64,000 nt of DNA from Candidatus Entotheonellaceae bacterium (GTDB taxonomy: Bacteria > Tectomicrobia > Entotheonellia > Entotheonellales > Entotheonellaceae), in assembly GCA_965238075.1 (NCBI GenBank), contig OZ250173.1, positions 1,280,001 through 1,344,000 on the forward strand. The letters are read 5' to 3'. This document shows, one piece after another, positions 43,318-53,115 of this stretch (position 1 is the first letter of the stretch; each line of letters begins with the position of its first letter). A program made the translations under genes and the position numbers. Below the pieces are notes generated by a model that was not told the origin of the DNA, did not search any database, and was given only the letters and a program-made list of their open reading frames with translations.

Positions 43318-43393
43318 GGTCGGGGCGCCCGGATTTGAACCGGGGGCCTTCGGCTCCCAAAGCCGACGCGCTACCAGGCTACGCTACGCCCCG
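43318..43393 (-). tRNA. tRNA-Pro(TGG)
   Basis: CGGGGCG acceptor stem, anticodon arm TCGGC-TTTGGGA-GCCGA, T-loop GGTTCAAATCC; ends ACCT rather than ACCA. Confidence 0.96.
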
Positions 43394-43489
43394 TTGTGTC
43401 TTTGGAAAGGAGGGTGGAACTGACGAACCGGGAACCTACCACGCAACCCCCGAGGGTGCAATGGCTTTTTTGCAGCCAGTCTTCACGCC

Positions 43490-44365
43490 CTAATACCGCT
43501 CCGGCAGATTTCGCTTCAGCGATTCCAGAAACGTCTGCACCAGCGGCCGCGCCAGGGTAGACTGCCGCCCGTACAGGCTGATCGGGATGTTGAGCCCCGG
43601 CTCGGGGAAGCGGACCAGCGCGTCGGTAGGCACCCCAAACGCCCGCGCCACGCCCAGCGTTACCAAGCCGTGGCCGAATCCGACCCTTGCCATTTGGGTC
43701 ACCGCCTGGAATGACTCCATGGTGTTTTCCACGTGAATCTTCACGCCCCACTGGCGCTCGCCACGGCGCATCTGGCGCTCGATAAAGCGCCAGGTTTCCG
43801 ACTGCGGCGCGGTAGTCAGCACCTGCAGCTCGCCCGAGGCGGGGAAGTCGAACGGGCGCAGGTAGTTTGGCACGATGACGATGGTTTCATCCACGACGTA
43901 GCGGGCTTCGAGGTCCGGGGTGCTCTCGCTGCGGCCAAAGCAGATGCCCACCATATACTCGCCGGAGCGCACTCGCTCGATGGCGTCGGGGCCGCGGTAG
44001 GTGTTGATGCGCAGCCGCATGCCGGGGTTTTCCTGCCGCACCTTGGCGAGCACCTCGGCGCCCCAGGCGATCAGAATGGCGGCGCCGATGGCGACCGACA
44101 ACTGACCGGTGTTGTCCGCCACCTCTTCGCTGAGCGCCTCGCGCAACTCGCCCAGCAGCGGCCGAGTGCGCTGCAGGATGTGCAGGGCGTACGGCGTCAA
44201 CTCCACCCGCCGGCCGCTGCGCTCCACCAATGGCTTGCCCAACTGCACCTGCAAGTTGGCAATCCGCTTGCTCACCGCCGATTGCGTGACCGACAGCCGC
44301 AGGGCGGCCTTCGACATGGTGCCGCACTCGGCCAGCGCCGCCAGGGCTTCGAGGTTGTCGATCAT
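43490..44365 (-). CDS. LysR-family transcriptional regulator
   Basis: N-terminal HTH SKAALRLSVTQSAVSKRI; 291 aa. Confidence 0.93.
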   Translation of the reverse strand: MIDNLEALAALAECGTMSKAALRLSVTQSAVSKRIANLQVQLGKPLVERSGRRVELTPYALHILQRTRPLLGELREALSEEVADNTGQLSVAIGAAILIAWGAEVLAKVRQENPGMRLRINTYRGPDAIERVRSGEYMVGICFGRSESTPDLEARYVVDETIVIVPNYLRPFDFPASGELQVLTTAPQSETWRFIERQMRRGERQWGVKIHVENTMESFQAVTQMARVGFGHGLVTLGVARAFGVPTDALVRFPEPGLNIPISLYGRQSTLARPLVQTFLESLKRNLPERY

Positions 44366-44444
44366 GACGTATTCCTATCTGGAATGTATTATGGAAAAAC
44401 TATTCGCGCCATTATAAAACCAAGGTGTGGCATAGTGAACACGA

Positions 44445-44531
44445 TCCTTCCTCTCCCTGGTCCTCCCCGTCGCGGGGCGAGGGAATCGTTGCCCCCTCAC
44501 CCCTGGCAGGAGAGGGTTGGGGTGAGGGGGA
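44445..44531. repeat. C/G-rich palindromic intergenic repeat
   Basis: GGAGAGGGTTGGGGTGAGGGGGAA shared with 46232-46348. Confidence 0.6.
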
Positions 44532-44609
44532 AATTCCAAAACGAGACACCCCCAAAGCGCGGGCATTGCCCCTGCGTCCCCGCATCCGTCAACCCTGAAG
44601 GAGGAATCC

Positions 44610-46193
44610 ATGGGCAGCACAGCCGTCGCCAACCTGTACGACCGGTTGGAGGAAACCGTTCTCGACCGCGATCAAGTGGGCGCCAGCGGGGCCTATTACG
44701 ATCTGGTCCGCGCCGAGCGCCCGCTGACAGAAATCGTCCGCGAAACCACCCGCATCCACGCCCCCTACACGCACGTGCCGTATCACCAGCGCATCGACGG
44801 CGGCTTCGTGCGGTTCGTCAACAACGACCACTGCCTGCTGAGCAGCCGCGCCAGCCTGGCGCTGCCGGAGTACCTGCCCGGCGAATTGCGCTACCTGCCC
44901 ATGGCGCAGACCATCTGGTACGTGCCCTCCGGCCTTGATCCGTGGAACCAGCTTTTGGGCAAGGCGCCGGGGCATTACGGGCGCCGCACCTACAAGCCCG
45001 AGCCCAACGCCACCGTGCCCAGACCCACCGCCCATTGGCCGGATCAGGAGCCGCTGCGCCTCGACGGCCCGTTCGAGGAGCGCCTCAATCACTGGCTGAC
45101 GCTGGTGCAATGCGGCGAGGTGCTCGAAGCTTACCGTGTCTTCCTCGGCCTGTTCGAGGAGCCCGGACGCCGCCACGACCTGCTCGGACACATGGCGTTC
45201 GCCGGCCTCATCGACGTGCAGGACCGCATGCTGCTGAACCGTTCGTACACCACCGGCCACAAGTCCTACCGCGCCCGCGCAACGTTCGAAATCGGCGACG
45301 CCGTCGGCTGGGATCAGGCGCACGACGTGCTGTACGCCGGCGTGCCGGACATGGCCGTGGGGCCGCGCTGGCATTCCGCCTACGAAATGGCCTGCCAAGT
45401 CGCCTGGACCCTGCTGGCGCGCGAGGAGGACATGCCGGAATCGTCCCTGTCGCCCAGTCCGAAGCAGCAGCCGGAAGCCTACCTGTTGGCGAACGACAAG
45501 CCGTTGACCCCACAAGAGGCCGACGAACTCGTGCAGGCGCTGCACGAGGAGGCCGACATGGCCTGGACCAACGCCATCACCGATCTGCTCCTGGCCGGCA
45601 AGGACCCGAAAGCCATCGTCGACGTCATCCAGACAGCCGCCGCCAGGGTCATCCTGCAGGTGCAGCAAAGCAGCGATTTCTCCATGCCGCACCACGGCTA
45701 CGAGTACACCAATACGCTGCGCTGGTTCTATGACAAATTCGACCACCCGCACCGCATCAAGCTGCTCTATGTGGCCGGCTCGTTCATCAACCAGTGCGCC
45801 CTGTGGGTGAAGCACACGCCCGGCAACGGCCCAGCCGAAAACGGCGTGCCGAGCGGTTCCGACCGGCTGCCGGCGGATACGATTTTGCAGCGTGTGGATA
45901 ACGCCATCATCGCCCAGAGCGGCTCCGAAGGCGCCGCCTGGGTGCGTGCCTACCTCGCCGGCGGGTACGAGCGCAAACCCCTGGTGCGCACGCTGGCCCT
46001 GGCCGCCGTGAAAGAAGGCAACGATCCCCATAACCAGGAGATCGGCCTGTGCATGATGGAGGATTACCTGAAAAGCACGGCACCGGAACGCGACGTACTG
46101 CTGCCGGCCTGCGCGCACATCGTGGCGGGCCATGTGAAGTACGGCGACCCGCTGGAGCCGTACAATCGTTTCGCCAAGGCGTTTGATTTGTAG
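44610..46193 (+). CDS. Hypothetical 527-aa alpha-helical protein with His-rich motifs
   Basis: AGGAGG RBS, long ORF, host-like codon usage; no family recognised. Confidence 0.8.
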   Translation: MGSTAVANLYDRLEETVLDRDQVGASGAYYDLVRAERPLTEIVRETTRIHAPYTHVPYHQRIDGGFVRFVNNDHCLLSSRASLALPEYLPGELRYLPMAQTIWYVPSGLDPWNQLLGKAPGHYGRRTYKPEPNATVPRPTAHWPDQEPLRLDGPFEERLNHWLTLVQCGEVLEAYRVFLGLFEEPGRRHDLLGHMAFAGLIDVQDRMLLNRSYTTGHKSYRARATFEIGDAVGWDQAHDVLYAGVPDMAVGPRWHSAYEMACQVAWTLLAREEDMPESSLSPSPKQQPEAYLLANDKPLTPQEADELVQALHEEADMAWTNAITDLLLAGKDPKAIVDVIQTAAARVILQVQQSSDFSMPHHGYEYTNTLRWFYDKFDHPHRIKLLYVAGSFINQCALWVKHTPGNGPAENGVPSGSDRLPADTILQRVDNAIIAQSGSEGAAWVRAYLAGGYERKPLVRTLALAAVKEGNDPHNQEIGLCMMEDYLKSTAPERDVLLPACAHIVAGHVKYGDPLEPYNRFAKAFDL

Positions 46194-46231
46194 GGGAGTT
46201 GTACGGTCTTGCTCTGTGCGGGAGCGCTTTA

Positions 46232-46348
46232 CCCCCCTCCCTAGCCCTCCCCCGCGGCGGGGGGAGGGGACCAGAGAATTGATCCTCCCCAACCAAGGTG
46301 GTTTCACGCCCTCTCCCCTGGAGGGAGAGGGTTGGGGTGAGGGGGAAG
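46232..46348. repeat. C/G-rich palindromic intergenic repeat
   Basis: CCCTCCCCCGCGGCGGGGGAGGG and CCCTCTCCCCTGGAGGGAGAGGG hairpins between convergent genes. Confidence 0.6.
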
Positions 46349-46394
46349 CCCCCGGATTGCAAGCCATCTTGATCAGAATGCGCTCCAATCCGAG

Positions 46395-47120
46395 CTACTC
46401 GGCCTGAAGCCCCAATGCGGCTCGCTGGGCGGCGACGATCTGTTCAATCCCCTGCCGTGCCAACCCGAGCAACTCCAACAACGCCTCCTGACTGAACGGC
46501 GCCCCTTCTGCCGTGCCCTGGATCTCCACCAGGGAACCTTGCCCCGTCATCACCACGTTCATGTCCACGTCCGACGTTGAATCTTCCTGGTAATTCAGGT
46601 CCAGACACGCCGCGCCGCCAACAATCCCCAAGCTGACCGCAGCCACGGCGTCGCGCAGCGGGACGGTCGTCAGCACGCCTTGGTCCTTCAGGTGCTGCAG
46701 GGCGGCGTACAGGGCCACGTAGGCGCCGCTGATCGAGGCGGTGCGGGTGCCGCCGTCGGCCTGGATCACGTCGCAATCCAGCCACACGGTGCGCTCGCCG
46801 AGTTGCTCGAAATCGACCACAGCGCGCAGCGAGCGTCCGATCAGGCGTTGAATTTCCAGCGTTCGGCCGCCCTGCCGACCGCGCGACACCTCGCGCGGCG
46901 AGCGGGTATGGGTGGCGCGCGGCAGCATGGCGTACTCGGCGCTCACCCAGCCCCGGCCGCTGTCGCGCCGGAACCGCGGCACCGATTCCTCCACCGACGC
47001 GGTGCAGCGTACCTGCGTGTCGCCCATGGTAATCAGCGCCGAGCCTTCGGCGTACTTGGCCACGCCGGGGGTAATGCTCAGGGGCCGCAATTCGTCGTGG
47101 CTTCGCCCGTCTGCACGCAT
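46395..47120 (-). CDS. rph: Ribonuclease PH
   Basis: [37 protein letters not shown]. Confidence 0.97.
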   Translation of the reverse strand: MRADGRSHDELRPLSITPGVAKYAEGSALITMGDTQVRCTASVEESVPRFRRDSGRGWVSAEYAMLPRATHTRSPREVSRGRQGGRTLEIQRLIGRSLRAVVDFEQLGERTVWLDCDVIQADGGTRTASISGAYVALYAALQHLKDQGVLTTVPLRDAVAAVSLGIVGGAACLDLNYQEDSTSDVDMNVVMTGQGSLVEIQGTAEGAPFSQEALLELLGLARQGIEQIVAAQRAALGLQAE

Positions 47121-47165
47121 GGTGTTCCTTTCAGTTGGGGTGAGGGGGGTTATGAGCCAGTCAGT

Positions 47166-47843
47166 TCAAACTGAGGCGCCGCCGGTGTTTGGTGAGAGGC
47201 CCAAGCGCTGCCAGGCCGTGGTGATAGCGTCCCGCAGGGCGCCGAGGTCGGCGGCGTTGTGGATGACGGTGTCGGCGTGGGCGATGCGCTCGTCGTTGGA
47301 CATCTGGGCGGTGATGCGGGCGCGGGCCTGGTCCTCCGGCATGCCCTTGGCGTCGCGCAGGCGGGCGATGACCACCTCGACCGGTGCGACGACGACCCAC
47401 AGCTGGTCTACCAGGGCTTGCCAGCCGGCTTCGAGCAGGACGGCGGCCTCGACCGCCACTACTCGCTGCGCTTGTGCTGGCTCATCGTATGCGCTCGTTG
47501 ACGCTTGCTGCGGGCGCGCCGCTTCCTTGTGGCGAATGTGGGCGATCTGGCCCTGGATGTAAGCGAAGATCTTGCCGTGCATGATGTGGTTCAGGGTTTG
47601 CAGCGCGGCAGGGTCGGCGAACACCCGCGGGCCGAGCTTGCGGCGGTCGATGGTGCGGTCGGCGGCCAGCACCTCCTCGCCGAATGCCGCCACGATCTCC
47701 CGCCAGGCGGGTGTGTCGGGCAGGTACACCTCATGTCCCGCCTTGTCCGCATCGATGACCTCGGCGCCCAGCTCGCCCAGGATCGCCGCGGCCGAGCTCT
47801 TTCCCGCACCGATGCCGCCCGTGATGCCGATAACCGTGACCAT
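47166..47843 (-). CDS. coaE: Dephospho-CoA kinase
   Basis: IGITGGIGAGKS, IDAD, ARITAQM; GGAGG RBS. Confidence 0.95.
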   Translation of the reverse strand: MVTVIGITGGIGAGKSSAAAILGELGAEVIDADKAGHEVYLPDTPAWREIVAAFGEEVLAADRTIDRRKLGPRVFADPAALQTLNHIMHGKIFAYIQGQIAHIRHKEAARPQQASTSAYDEPAQAQRVVAVEAAVLLEAGWQALVDQLWVVVAPVEVVIARLRDAKGMPEDQARARITAQMSNDERIAHADTVIHNAADLGALRDAITTAWQRLGLSPNTGGASV

Positions 47844-48032
47844 ATCTCCCTCCTTTCCTAAGTTGTAGCCAGCGTTTGTGAAGTCATTGTCGCACCCCTG
47901 GGAACGCGGGCTTCTGGCCGTGCGCGGGCGGGGACACTCCCCGAACCAAACCCCCCGACCCCCCTTTTCAGGGGGGCACTTTCCTTCGACCCCCGATCCC
48001 CTCTTCAAGGGGGTTCTGCCTGGAATCGGCCC

Positions 48033-51000
48033 TCAGGCGGTCAGGCCGCGATACACCTTGGGCAATTCCTGCGGCAGCGCTGCCATGTCGTCGATCACCA
48101 GGTATTGCCGGTCAGGGCACATCTGCCGCAGGTAATCATGCCCGCTGGGGTCGACGGTGATGCAAAAGGTGTGAATCGCCTTGAGCCGCGCCTCCTGCAA
48201 CGCCTTGGCGGTATCCTGCAGGCCGTATTCCTTGCTCTTGCGGTCCTGGCCGTAATCGAAATCCTGCGGGTAGCCGTCGCTCAGCAGGATCAACGCCTTG
48301 AGGCGCGTTTCCTGGCGCCCCAGCTGGGCGGAGGCGTGGCGAATCACCGGCCCCATGCGGGTGCTGCGGTGCGGCTCGATGGCGGCAATGCGGCCCTGGA
48401 TGCGGCGGTCGTAAGGCTCGTCGAACGACTTGACCATGAAGGCGTCGACCTGGTCGCGGCCGTAGCCGGAAAAGCCGTACACAGCGTAAGCGTCGCCGAG
48501 GGCTTCGAGGGCCTCGGCCATCAGCACCAGGGCTTCTTTTTCGACGTCGATGATGCGCCGCGGCGGTTCGCCGTCATCGGCTGCGCTGCCGTCGGGGTTC
48601 TTGATCTTGTCGTCGGTGGAAGCGCTCATATCGAGCAAAAACACCGCCGCGACGCTGCGGTCGTGCTTGTCGCGGCGGGCATAGACCTTGTCCGCCAAGG
48701 CGTGGCCGGCGCGGCGGTCGACAAACGCCTCGACGGCGCTGTCGAGGTCGATGGCCTCGCCGTCGGTGAGCGGCTTGACGGTCTTGAACTGCTCGGGCTT
48801 GAGCAACTGGAATTGCCGCTTCACCTGCGCTAGCAACTCCGCGTAGGCGCGGCGCGTGTCGGCGACGAAATCAGGGCCGGCGTCATGCAGGGGCATTTCC
48901 CGCAGGCGACACCAGGCACGGCGGTAATCGCCAATCAGGTAGTCCCACTCGTCGTAGTGAAAGGTCTGCGGCAGGCGTACGGGCTCGACTTCCGTGTCGC
49001 GTAACTCGGCGCGCAGCAGGTCGGCCCGCTCGCGCAGGGTTTCACGGTGGGCGGTGCTGTCGTTCTCAGCCGGTCGACCTTGCAGATTGGAGACGAACAA
49101 CCCGGTGGTGGCGTTGACCTCTCCCCGTTGCAGGCTCTTGATGTCGAGGCCGTCGTTTTCCAGCAGCGCCTTGAGGGCTTCCGGCGACAGCGGGCTGAGG
49201 CCGTCGTGACGGCGCAGGGCGTCTTCCAGGTCGCTCAGGCGCATCTTTTTCTCGATGACGTCGGGCTTGACGGCGCCGCGGTAGGGAACGGCCTCCACGC
49301 CGGTAGCGAGTGCGTCACCGCCCGGCAAAGCGGCCCTGGCACCGGCCCGGTCGGCGGCATCCCCGGCGGCGCGGAACAAGTCAGCGAGGGCGAGCGTGTC
49401 GGCGGCGTCCGAGAGGTTGAGGTCGAGGGCCGAGAGCAGGTCCGCGGCGTTGAGCGTGAAGGTGAGGCCGGCGTCGTCTGGAATTTGCGTCAGCAGCCGA
49501 TAGGCTTGCAGGACGGCGGCGGCGGTGTCGTACACTGTGGCCGCGGCGTTGTGAAGCGCTTGCGCCAGCGGCTGCAAGTGCTGCAACAGCAGGCGCAAGG
49601 GGAGCGGGTCGAAGCCCCCCGGGTCGGCGCCGAGGCTGAGCTGCAGCAGGCCCTCCAGCAACGCCTGGCGCAGCGGCATGCCGTGCAACGGCGGCCGCTG
49701 GCGGCGGCTGTGCCGCATGAGGCGGCCGAGGTCGGCGCGGATGCCTTTGTAATGGCTAGCGATCCAGGCGTCGACGCGGGTGTCTTCAAAGATGGCGAAC
49801 AGGCTGCGGACGAGATCGGGCTCGGCAAAGGCGTCGAAGAAGCCCTGGAACGACGACAACCCGATGTTGTCGGGCGCCGCGGGCAGGGCGGGCAGCCGAC
49901 GGCGGCAGGCGTCCAGGTCGAACGCAAATGTGCCGCTTTCGTAAAACCCGGCCTGGTGCAGGACGGCCACCTTGTAGGCGGCGAAGTTGTGCGCGGCGGT
50001 GTCGAAGTCGTCCACCCGCGGCGGCAGGTAAATGGCAGCCCCGTCCGAGCTCGGCAGGTCGGGGCTGCCGCGCAGCATGCCTTGCGGCAGCGCGTCAGTG
50101 GTCTTCAGGTCCATGCGGCGGCCCAGGATGGCGTGCGCGTACAGGCGCAGCACCGGCTCGACGGCGGCGAACTCGACCCGTTTTTGCAGCGCTTGCAGGT
50201 TGTCGAGCGCCGTCGCCGATTGCAGCGCGAAGTAGGCCGCGCCGGCTGGCGCATGGCGTTTGGCCGCACTGATGCCGGCGTTGATCCAGGCGTGCAGGCG
50301 GTCGTCCGGCAGGCGTTCCCGCAGGGCGTCCAGGTGGCCGAGAAACGCCAGCCCGCCGGCGTGGCTGACGGCGCTGATCTGCCGGCACCAGGTGAGCGCC
50401 TGCAGGCATTCCGCCGCCGGCAGAAGGGCCAGGGTGGTGCTCACCTGGCTCAGAAAGGTCTCGGCGTCGGCGACTTGCGGCGACAGCAGTTCATCCACCG
50501 TGTCGCGCAAGGCTTCGGCGCCGGCATCGCCGAAGCGCCGCACGTAGTCGGGATAGTGTTCCAGGTATTCCAGGGCAAGGTTTTCGGCTGGCGGCAACAT
50601 TCCGCGCGCTTGTTGCCAGGCCGGAGCGAGATCGACCTCGGGCGCCTGTTCCGCAAGCCGCTGGCTGAGCGCCAGGAAGTCGCGCCCCGACTGCCAGCCG
50701 CGGCGGGCGAAATCGTGCCCCAATTGTCCCCAGACCTGCGCCGCAGCGAGCGGGTAGCGGCCGTACACGGCCGGGCTGACCTCGAAATACGTCACCGCCA
50801 GGGCGGCAAAGGTCGGGTGTTGCTGCAAGTACCATTGTCCGTCCGCCACCCACGGCCGTAGGGCGCCGCCGGGCGCCTGTTGCACGAAGGGCCTGGCGGC
50901 CTGAAAGAAGGACGCGGCGGCCGCGGCGGAGGCGCGCGCCAGCGCTTCGCCGTGCTCGGCCCATTGCCAAAGCTGCGCCGCCGACAGCCGCTGCAGCAGG

Positions 51001-51227
51001 AACGGGCTTACCTGGATGAACGCCTCGGCACTCTCGGCGCTGCGCCAGCCGCACGTCGCCAGCCGCGCGCAACAGGCCAGCCAGCGCGCCGTGTCGGCCT
51101 CCCGCAGTCCGGCGCGCATGGCCGGCATGGCCTGCCGGGCGCACTGCGCCACGGGCGCCGACGCCGCCGCCAGGGCTTCGAGCATATCGGATGGGGATTC
51201 AGGGCAGTCGGGCCGGCGTAAGGGCAT
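48033..51227 (-). CDS. NorD/CbbO-like VWA-domain protein with long N-terminal helical region
   Basis: YDEWDY, LLDMSAST (MIDAS), TRMG, LSDGYP. Confidence 0.9.
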   Translation of the reverse strand: MPLRRPDCPESPSDMLEALAAASAPVAQCARQAMPAMRAGLREADTARWLACCARLATCGWRSAESAEAFIQVSPFLLQRLSAAQLWQWAEHGEALARASAAAAASFFQAARPFVQQAPGGALRPWVADGQWYLQQHPTFAALAVTYFEVSPAVYGRYPLAAAQVWGQLGHDFARRGWQSGRDFLALSQRLAEQAPEVDLAPAWQQARGMLPPAENLALEYLEHYPDYVRRFGDAGAEALRDTVDELLSPQVADAETFLSQVSTTLALLPAAECLQALTWCRQISAVSHAGGLAFLGHLDALRERLPDDRLHAWINAGISAAKRHAPAGAAYFALQSATALDNLQALQKRVEFAAVEPVLRLYAHAILGRRMDLKTTDALPQGMLRGSPDLPSSDGAAIYLPPRVDDFDTAAHNFAAYKVAVLHQAGFYESGTFAFDLDACRRRLPALPAAPDNIGLSSFQGFFDAFAEPDLVRSLFAIFEDTRVDAWIASHYKGIRADLGRLMRHSRRQRPPLHGMPLRQALLEGLLQLSLGADPGGFDPLPLRLLLQHLQPLAQALHNAAATVYDTAAAVLQAYRLLTQIPDDAGLTFTLNAADLLSALDLNLSDAADTLALADLFRAAGDAADRAGARAALPGGDALATGVEAVPYRGAVKPDVIEKKMRLSDLEDALRRHDGLSPLSPEALKALLENDGLDIKSLQRGEVNATTGLFVSNLQGRPAENDSTAHRETLRERADLLRAELRDTEVEPVRLPQTFHYDEWDYLIGDYRRAWCRLREMPLHDAGPDFVADTRRAYAELLAQVKRQFQLLKPEQFKTVKPLTDGEAIDLDSAVEAFVDRRAGHALADKVYARRDKHDRSVAAVFLLDMSASTDDKIKNPDGSAADDGEPPRRIIDVEKEALVLMAEALEALGDAYAVYGFSGYGRDQVDAFMVKSFDEPYDRRIQGRIAAIEPHRSTRMGPVIRHASAQLGRQETRLKALILLSDGYPQDFDYGQDRKSKEYGLQDTAKALQEARLKAIHTFCITVDPSGHDYLRQMCPDRQYLVIDDMAALPQELPKVYRGLTA

Positions 51228-51244
51228 GGTATCCAGGGATTCCG

Positions 51245-52096
51245 TCAGGGAAACAGGGTCGTCACCAGCTCGGCGATGGCGCGGTGCACCTCGGTGTCGT
51301 CCGTGACGGCGCGGCAGACGGCAACCTCGCAGGCGCGCCGCGGCGGGATGCCGCGCACGATGAGCTGGCCGGCGTACACCAGCAGGCGCGTGCTGACGCC
51401 TTCCTCGAAGCCGTGCTGGCGCAGGTGCCGGACCTTGGCGCCGAGGGTGGCCAGATCGCCGGCCGTCTCGGCGCCGGCGCCGCTTTCGTGGGCGATGATA
51501 TCGGCCTCGCAGTCGTGCGGCGGGTAGTCGAAGGCCAGCGACACGAAACGCTGCCGGGTGCTGGGCTTCAGGTCCTTGAGGACGCTCTGGTAGCCGGGGT
51601 TGTAGGACATGACGAGCAGGAAGTCGTCGTGCGCGTTGAGGATGAGGCTGCGTTTTTCCACCGGCAGCATGCGGCGGTGGTCGGTGAGGGCGTGGATGAG
51701 GACCATGGTGTCCTTGCGCGCCTCGACGATCTCATCGAGGTAGCAGATGGCGCCGCTGCGCACGGCGCGGGTCAGGGGGCCGTCGATCCACACGGTTTCC
51801 TCGCCGCTGAGCAGGTAGCGCCCGACCAGATCGCTGGCGCTGAGGTCCTCGTGACAGGCGACGGTGACGAGCGGCTCGCCGAGGTCACGGCGGCTTGGCG
51901 AGGCGTCTTCGCCCTGGCGGTAGAGGCGGTGCGCCATGTATTCGACGAAGCGCGTTTTGCCGCAGCCGGTCGGGCCGGTGAGGAGCACCGGCAGGCGGGC
52001 TTCGTAGGCGGCGAGGAATACCTCGATCTCGTCAGCGAGTGGGACGTAGTAGGGGGCATGTTGCCGTTGCGGTGCGATGTCGATGGTGGCTGCCAT
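51245..52096 (-). CDS. CbbQ/NirQ/NorQ-family AAA+ ATPase
   Basis: [39 protein letters not shown]. Confidence 0.95.
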   Translation of the reverse strand: MAATIDIAPQRQHAPYYVPLADEIEVFLAAYEARLPVLLTGPTGCGKTRFVEYMAHRLYRQGEDASPSRRDLGEPLVTVACHEDLSASDLVGRYLLSGEETVWIDGPLTRAVRSGAICYLDEIVEARKDTMVLIHALTDHRRMLPVEKRSLILNAHDDFLLVMSYNPGYQSVLKDLKPSTRQRFVSLAFDYPPHDCEADIIAHESGAGAETAGDLATLGAKVRHLRQHGFEEGVSTRLLVYAGQLIVRGIPPRRACEVAVCRAVTDDTEVHRAIAELVTTLFP

Positions 52097-52186
52097 TGGG
52101 GTTCCTTCAGGGAGTGAGCAGGCGCAGCGAACGGGCACTATGATACATGATTTGCGCAGCGGCACCGCGCGGGGCGGCTTTTGCCC

Positions 52187-52894
52187 TTATCGGTACCAGC
52201 GCTTCAGCGTAGCGGGCGGCACGCCGCAGAAATACAGGGTCATGAGCGCAACGTTGCGGGCGGTGGTGACGAGGACGCCGTCGCGCTGCCAGCGGCGCCC
52301 GGAGGTAACGACGGCCTGCGGCACGATGGCCAGGCGGCCGTAGCGTCGTAACGCCTGCACCAGGCGGATGTCTTCCATGAATGGCACGTCGTCGTAGCCG
52401 CCCAGTTCCTCGAACACCCGGCGCCAGACGAAAAGGGCCTGGTCGCCGTAGGGCAGGCCGCCGAAACGGCTTCTCAGGTTGGTGCCCCAGGCGACCAGGC
52501 GCAGGGCGGGCGTCGCCGGGGTGATGGACAGGCGGAAGGCGCCGCCGCCGGTGCCGGGCTGTTGCAGGGCGCGGCGCACCGCGTCCAGGGCGCCGGGCGG
52601 CAGCAGCGTGTCGGCGTGCAGGAAGAGGAGAATGTCGCCGCCGGCGCGCCGGGCGCCGTGGTTCATCTGCTGCGCCCGGCCGCGGGGTCCCTGGTAGACC
52701 TTGGACGTGTAACGCCGCGCGATGTCGGGGGTGGCGTCGCTGCTGCCGGCGTCGACGACGATCAGCTCGTCGCTGGCGGACAGGGCGACGGCGTCGAGGG
52801 TGGCGGCAAGGCAGGCCCGTTCATTGAGGGTCGGGACAATGACGGAAATACGAGGGGCGGCCGGAGCGTCGTTAGCGGTCTGAGGATGGGGCAT
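52187..52894 (-). CDS. GT2 glycosyltransferase (TIGR04283-like)
   Basis: ISVIVPTLNE, GRAQQMN, FLHADT, YGDQ, TSGRRW. Confidence 0.88.
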   Translation of the reverse strand: MPHPQTANDAPAAPRISVIVPTLNERACLAATLDAVALSASDELIVVDAGSSDATPDIARRYTSKVYQGPRGRAQQMNHGARRAGGDILLFLHADTLLPPGALDAVRRALQQPGTGGGAFRLSITPATPALRLVAWGTNLRSRFGGLPYGDQALFVWRRVFEELGGYDDVPFMEDIRLVQALRRYGRLAIVPQAVVTSGRRWQRDGVLVTTARNVALMTLYFCGVPPATLKRWYR

Positions 52895-52950
52895 AGGGAT
52901 GGTTTCCTGGAAGCGGGGAATATCGGATGGCGCTTTCGTCCAGCAGACCT

Positions 52951-52980
52951 GTCGGATTACGCGTCGCTAATCCGACCTAC
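52951..52980. repeat. GTAG-type REP hairpin (reverse orientation)
   Basis: GTCGGATTACGCGTCGCTAATCCGACCTAC. Confidence 0.75.
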
Positions 52981-53115
52981 TCGGGTCGGTTTGCCAAAAT
53001 TTCGCAATGGGTTCATGCGTTCCTCATAGTGTACGTCCATGTTTGGCGCCGTGTTATCCGTGCCCGGGTCACACTGGCTCGGGATTGGCTTACGTGCTTG
53101 GATGAGGATCGCTAC

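Noticed and set aside
52187-52894. Glycosyltransferase as evidence of an arsenosugar or selenosugar pathway
   Set aside because: Partner genes (radical SAM, methyltransferase, selD-like) are absent from the window
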